This document shows positions 35,296 through 37,365 of a stretch of 37,365 nt of DNA, piece by piece (positions within the stretch are counted from its first letter, which is position 1; each line of letters begins with the position of its first letter). This DNA is from an uncultured Candidatus Saccharibacteria bacterium. GTDB lineage: Bacteria > Patescibacteriota > Dojkabacteria > SC72. The notes beneath the pieces were generated by a model. It worked only from the letters and a program-made list of their open reading frames with translations, had not been told where the DNA came from and searched no databases. Both the position numbers and the translations under genes were made by a program. The stretch lies in assembly GCA_964487525.1 (NCBI GenBank), contig CAZAQC010000004.1, positions 1-37,365 of the forward strand, written 5' to 3'.

Positions 35296-36537
35296 ATGAA
35301 GAAGAAACTATCAAGTAAAGAACTACTTTTCGTAAAGAACCTATTCTTAACAACAGTTTTAGGAGCAATCATTGGGATATTAAACTATCTCTTTAACATC
35401 TTCATAGCTAGATATACTGATCAAAACATATTTAGTATCTTTAGTTCTACCTTAGGTATCACATACCTAATACAGATTCCCGCAGTAGCAATACAAGCAT
35501 TAATTACAAAGGGAGTAGCACAAAACAAAGAGAAGAATCTGAATAGGTATAAATGGCAATCTCTTTTTGTATTTACCTTACTTGGGATACTCTTCTCTGT
35601 TTTGTTTTTCTTAAACAAAAAATTAGTCTCCGATGTAGCTTCTATTCCTCCTGAAACAATATTTTTCTTGTCATTATCCTTTCTATTTGCATTTATAAGC
35701 CCAATAGCAAAAGGATTGTTACTTGGATTAGAAAAAATAGTAACTGTAAATATGGTTTTACTCGCAGAGACTATTCTTAGATTCGTAATTGGTGCAATTG
35801 CTATTAAGATGGGAGGTTCTCTCTCCTTACTTATACTCGCTAGCTCCGTACCTGCTATGCTCTCAACAATTATAGTATTACCATTAATAAAATTTGATAA
35901 AAGTAAGACGGAAGAACTAAAAATAAATTTCAAGGAATTTCTCCTCATAACAATATCTTTCCTTCTTCTTACTTTTCCATTTACAATAGATTTAATACTT
36001 GTTAATCCTTCATTTAGAGCAGAGTACGCTACTATTTCATTACTAGGAAAACTTGTATATTTTGCATCAATTACAACTTCATCCGTTTTGTTTGCAAGAT
36101 TATCAAATGAGAAGGAAGATAAAGATCAAAAGAGAAGTTTGAGTATATCTTTAGCACTTGCTTCATTTATTGGGCTTTTTCTTTCTTCAATCTTTTTCAT
36201 ATTCAGTGACTATATTGTAACTTTAACTGTTGGAGATCAGTATTTAGCAATTAGTAAATATCTTGGAGTTTTTGGATTATGTATGACAGGTTTTGCTTTT
36301 GTATATATGGTCGCTAACTTCTTCATATCAAGAGGTTCCTTCTCCTACCTTTACATACTGTTCTTTACTACAGTACTTCAGGTTGCATTCTTTTTAACAA
36401 GGAATGATTCTCTTGATATGGTTATACAGAATCAGATAGTTGTATATATTTTCTTAATATCTGGTACATTAATGTATTTGTTAATTAATTTTAAAAGTAT
36501 AAAAAATGGAGAAGAAGAGTATAAAGGAAAAGGTTAA
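35296..36537 (+). CDS. Polytopic membrane protein, MOP/Wzx-like flippase candidate
   Basis: 413 aa with about 12 predicted TM helices and short loops. Only the general architecture supports the call. Confidence 0.4.
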   Translation: MKKKLSSKELLFVKNLFLTTVLGAIIGILNYLFNIFIARYTDQNIFSIFSSTLGITYLIQIPAVAIQALITKGVAQNKEKNLNRYKWQSLFVFTLLGILFSVLFFLNKKLVSDVASIPPETIFFLSLSFLFAFISPIAKGLLLGLEKIVTVNMVLLAETILRFVIGAIAIKMGGSLSLLILASSVPAMLSTIIVLPLIKFDKSKTEELKINFKEFLLITISFLLLTFPFTIDLILVNPSFRAEYATISLLGKLVYFASITTSSVLFARLSNEKEDKDQKRSLSISLALASFIGLFLSSIFFIFSDYIVTLTVGDQYLAISKYLGVFGLCMTGFAFVYMVANFFISRGSFSYLYILFFTTVLQVAFFLTRNDSLDMVIQNQIVVYIFLISGTLMYLLINFKSIKNGEEEYKGKG

Positions 36538-36985
36538 AGACTTTAAAGATGAGTTTAAGAATTTTGCATTGAAGGAAGCTACGCTTGGTGCTGCCATAGG
36601 TATTATGCTTGGTGCTGCATTGAGTAAAGTTATTAATTCCTTGGTTAATGATATTCTAACTCCCCCTATTGCATATCTTACTTCTGGAATAGATTTTAGT
36701 ACTCTTTATGTTGTACTTGGTTCTACTCAATACAATAGTTTGGAAGAAGCAAAAGATGCTGGTGCAGTTGTAATACGTTATGGGAACTTTATTAGTGAAT
36801 TCATATCATTTTTAATAACTGCCTTCATACTATTCCTAATCGTATATCAGATTACAAAGTTAGCCAGTAAGTTTAAGAAGAAAGAAGAGAAGGTTGAGGA
36901 AGATACAAAGAAACAGTGTCCATACTGTAAATCGGAGATAGATAAAGATGCTAAGAGGTGTCCTTTCTGTACTAGTGAATTGTAA
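36506..36985 (+). CDS. mscL: Large-conductance mechanosensitive channel MscL with a C-terminal CxxC-X10-CxxC zinc-ribbon tail
   Basis: FKNFALKEATLGAAIGIMLGAALSKVINSLVNDILTPPI ... VIRYGNFISEFISFLITAFILFLIV, ending in CPYCKSEIDKDAKRCPFCTSEL. Its start overlaps the upstream gene by 32 nt. Confidence 0.85.
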   Translation: MEKKSIKEKVKDFKDEFKNFALKEATLGAAIGIMLGAALSKVINSLVNDILTPPIAYLTSGIDFSTLYVVLGSTQYNSLEEAKDAGAVVIRYGNFISEFISFLITAFILFLIVYQITKLASKFKKKEEKVEEDTKKQCPYCKSEIDKDAKRCPFCTSEL

Positions 36986-36989
36986 GATA

Positions 36990-37063
36990 TGGACGATGAT
37001 GGGCTCGAACCAACGACCTCCGCAATGTGAATGCGACGCTCTAACCAGCTGAGCTAATCGTCC
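36990..37063 (-). tRNA. tRNA-Val (anticodon CAC)
   Basis: Hand fold of the reverse complement: acceptor GGACGAT/ATCGTCC, D-arm GCTC/GAGC, anticodon stem TCGCA/TGCGG with loop TTCACAT, T-arm GTTGG-TTCGAGC-CCATC (one U-U mismatch). Confidence 0.85.
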
Positions 37064-37082
37064 AAATTTGCTAATTATATCA

Positions 37083-37334
37083 CTAAGATACTTTAGGAGG
37101 ATAATTGGTAGATACAGGAGGATATGAATCATTTACAACATTTTCTTCCACTACTTCTTCTTTTATATCTTCCTTTTTAGGTTCATTCTTTTTCAAATTA
37201 CGCCACATTAGAAGAAAAGATACTAGAAGGATTGGAAAGACTATTGCAACAAAGATATTTCTAGCAATAATGCCTGATATTATTGCTAATACAAGACAAC
37301 CAATAGCTGTCATGATTATTTCACCTATTTTCAT
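37083..37334 (-). CDS. Small two-TM membrane protein (83 aa)
   Basis: Two hydrophobic helices, then a charged KKNEPKKEDIKEEVVEE tail. No motif recognised. Confidence 0.5.
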   Translation of the reverse strand: MKIGEIIMTAIGCLVLAIISGIIARNIFVAIVFPILLVSFLLMWRNLKKNEPKKEDIKEEVVEENVVNDSYPPVSTNYPPKVS

Positions 37335-37365
37335 AATTTTTTATGACAGAAATTTAAACTATTTA

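Noticed and set aside
178-35948. Remaining short ORFs in the track that lie inside, and mostly antisense to, the accepted genes. These are 178..519, 701..910, 986..1216, 1462..1689, 2008..2223, 2280..2483, 2668..2850, 3150..3560, 3717..3935, 4681..4878, 5714..5938, 6471..6845, 9926..10165, 10293..10481, 11781..12086, 12820..13077 and 13616..13864. Also 15141..15332, 17646..17879, 18707..18940, 21208..21408, 21273..21485, 24520..24717, 25939..26145, 26177..26575, 26619..26807, 28610..29023, 30092..30283, 30309..30521, 31012..31467, 32624..32815, 34964..35194 and 35421..35948.
   Set aside because: Each overlaps a confidently identified gene on the other strand or in another frame. They have Ser/Phe/Leu/Ile-rich mirror-image composition and no motifs.
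36860-37132. 90-aa ORF on the minus strand.
   Set aside because: It is built on the tRNA-Val gene (the RLAQLVRASH...GGRWFEP segment is the translated tRNA) and on the antisense of the mscL tail.
1-37365. Alternative genetic code (UGA read as Gly or Trp, code 25 or 4) as the explanation for the missing TGA stops.
   Set aside because: All long housekeeping genes are intact under the standard code, no gene appears split at a TGA, and RF2 is retained. UGA looks unused here rather than reassigned. The unused state is kept as a finding.
1-37365. CRISPR arrays, rRNA genes, transposases, or known defence or toxin-antitoxin modules.
   Set aside because: No spaced direct repeats, no rRNA-like conserved strings and no recognisable nuclease/ATPase defence gene sets were seen. 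The divergent 74/77-aa pair is not an operon, so it is not a typical TA module.

Overview
AT-rich (about 30% GC by eye), very gene-dense bacterial window. I accept 36 CDS (one partial, at the left edge), 3 tRNAs, 1 T-box leader, several clear intrinsic terminators and a few promoter-like elements. No rRNA, CRISPR array, transposase, integrase or reverse transcriptase was seen. Content is mostly housekeeping: uppP, gpmI, a prfB-ftsE-ftsX-M23 peptidase operon, hpf, hsp20, yvcK, carD, ileS behind a T-box, pepF, gltX plus tRNA-Gln, archaeal-type aspS, recA-recX-recJ, rmuC and mscL. These are interspersed with envelope or surface proteins (cohesin-like, an FN3/GH73-like 762-aa protein, a small GH73-like protein, a CapA-like protein, an FkbM methyltransferase, a flippase-like protein) and several small orphan ORFs. 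The small compact genes, archaeal-type AspRS, near absence of Shine-Dalgarno sequences and surface-protein repertoire suggest a reduced-genome bacterium, possibly Patescibacteria/CPR-like (inference only). Observations that most deserve a second look: (1) none of the 35 complete CDS ends in TGA (22 TAA, 13 TAG), although an intact, unframeshifted RF2 gene is present. (2) The FtsEX-linked coiled-coil M23 peptidase appears circularly permuted, and FtsE carries a roughly 100-aa extra tail. (3) The ileS T-box seems to have a very short Stem I with an AUC in a hairpin loop, yet ends in an intrinsic terminator. (4) A roughly 120-nt strand-asymmetric C-rich/G-rich island lies between that T-box and pepF. 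It carries a GGGAGG, three CCUCCC motifs, a 28-31 codon proline-rich sORF on one strand, and a promoter-plus-terminator-bounded candidate sRNA on the other. (5) A tandem Cys-rich 77-aa module sits inside the large surface protein. All functional calls come from motif recognition by eye; no database search was run.
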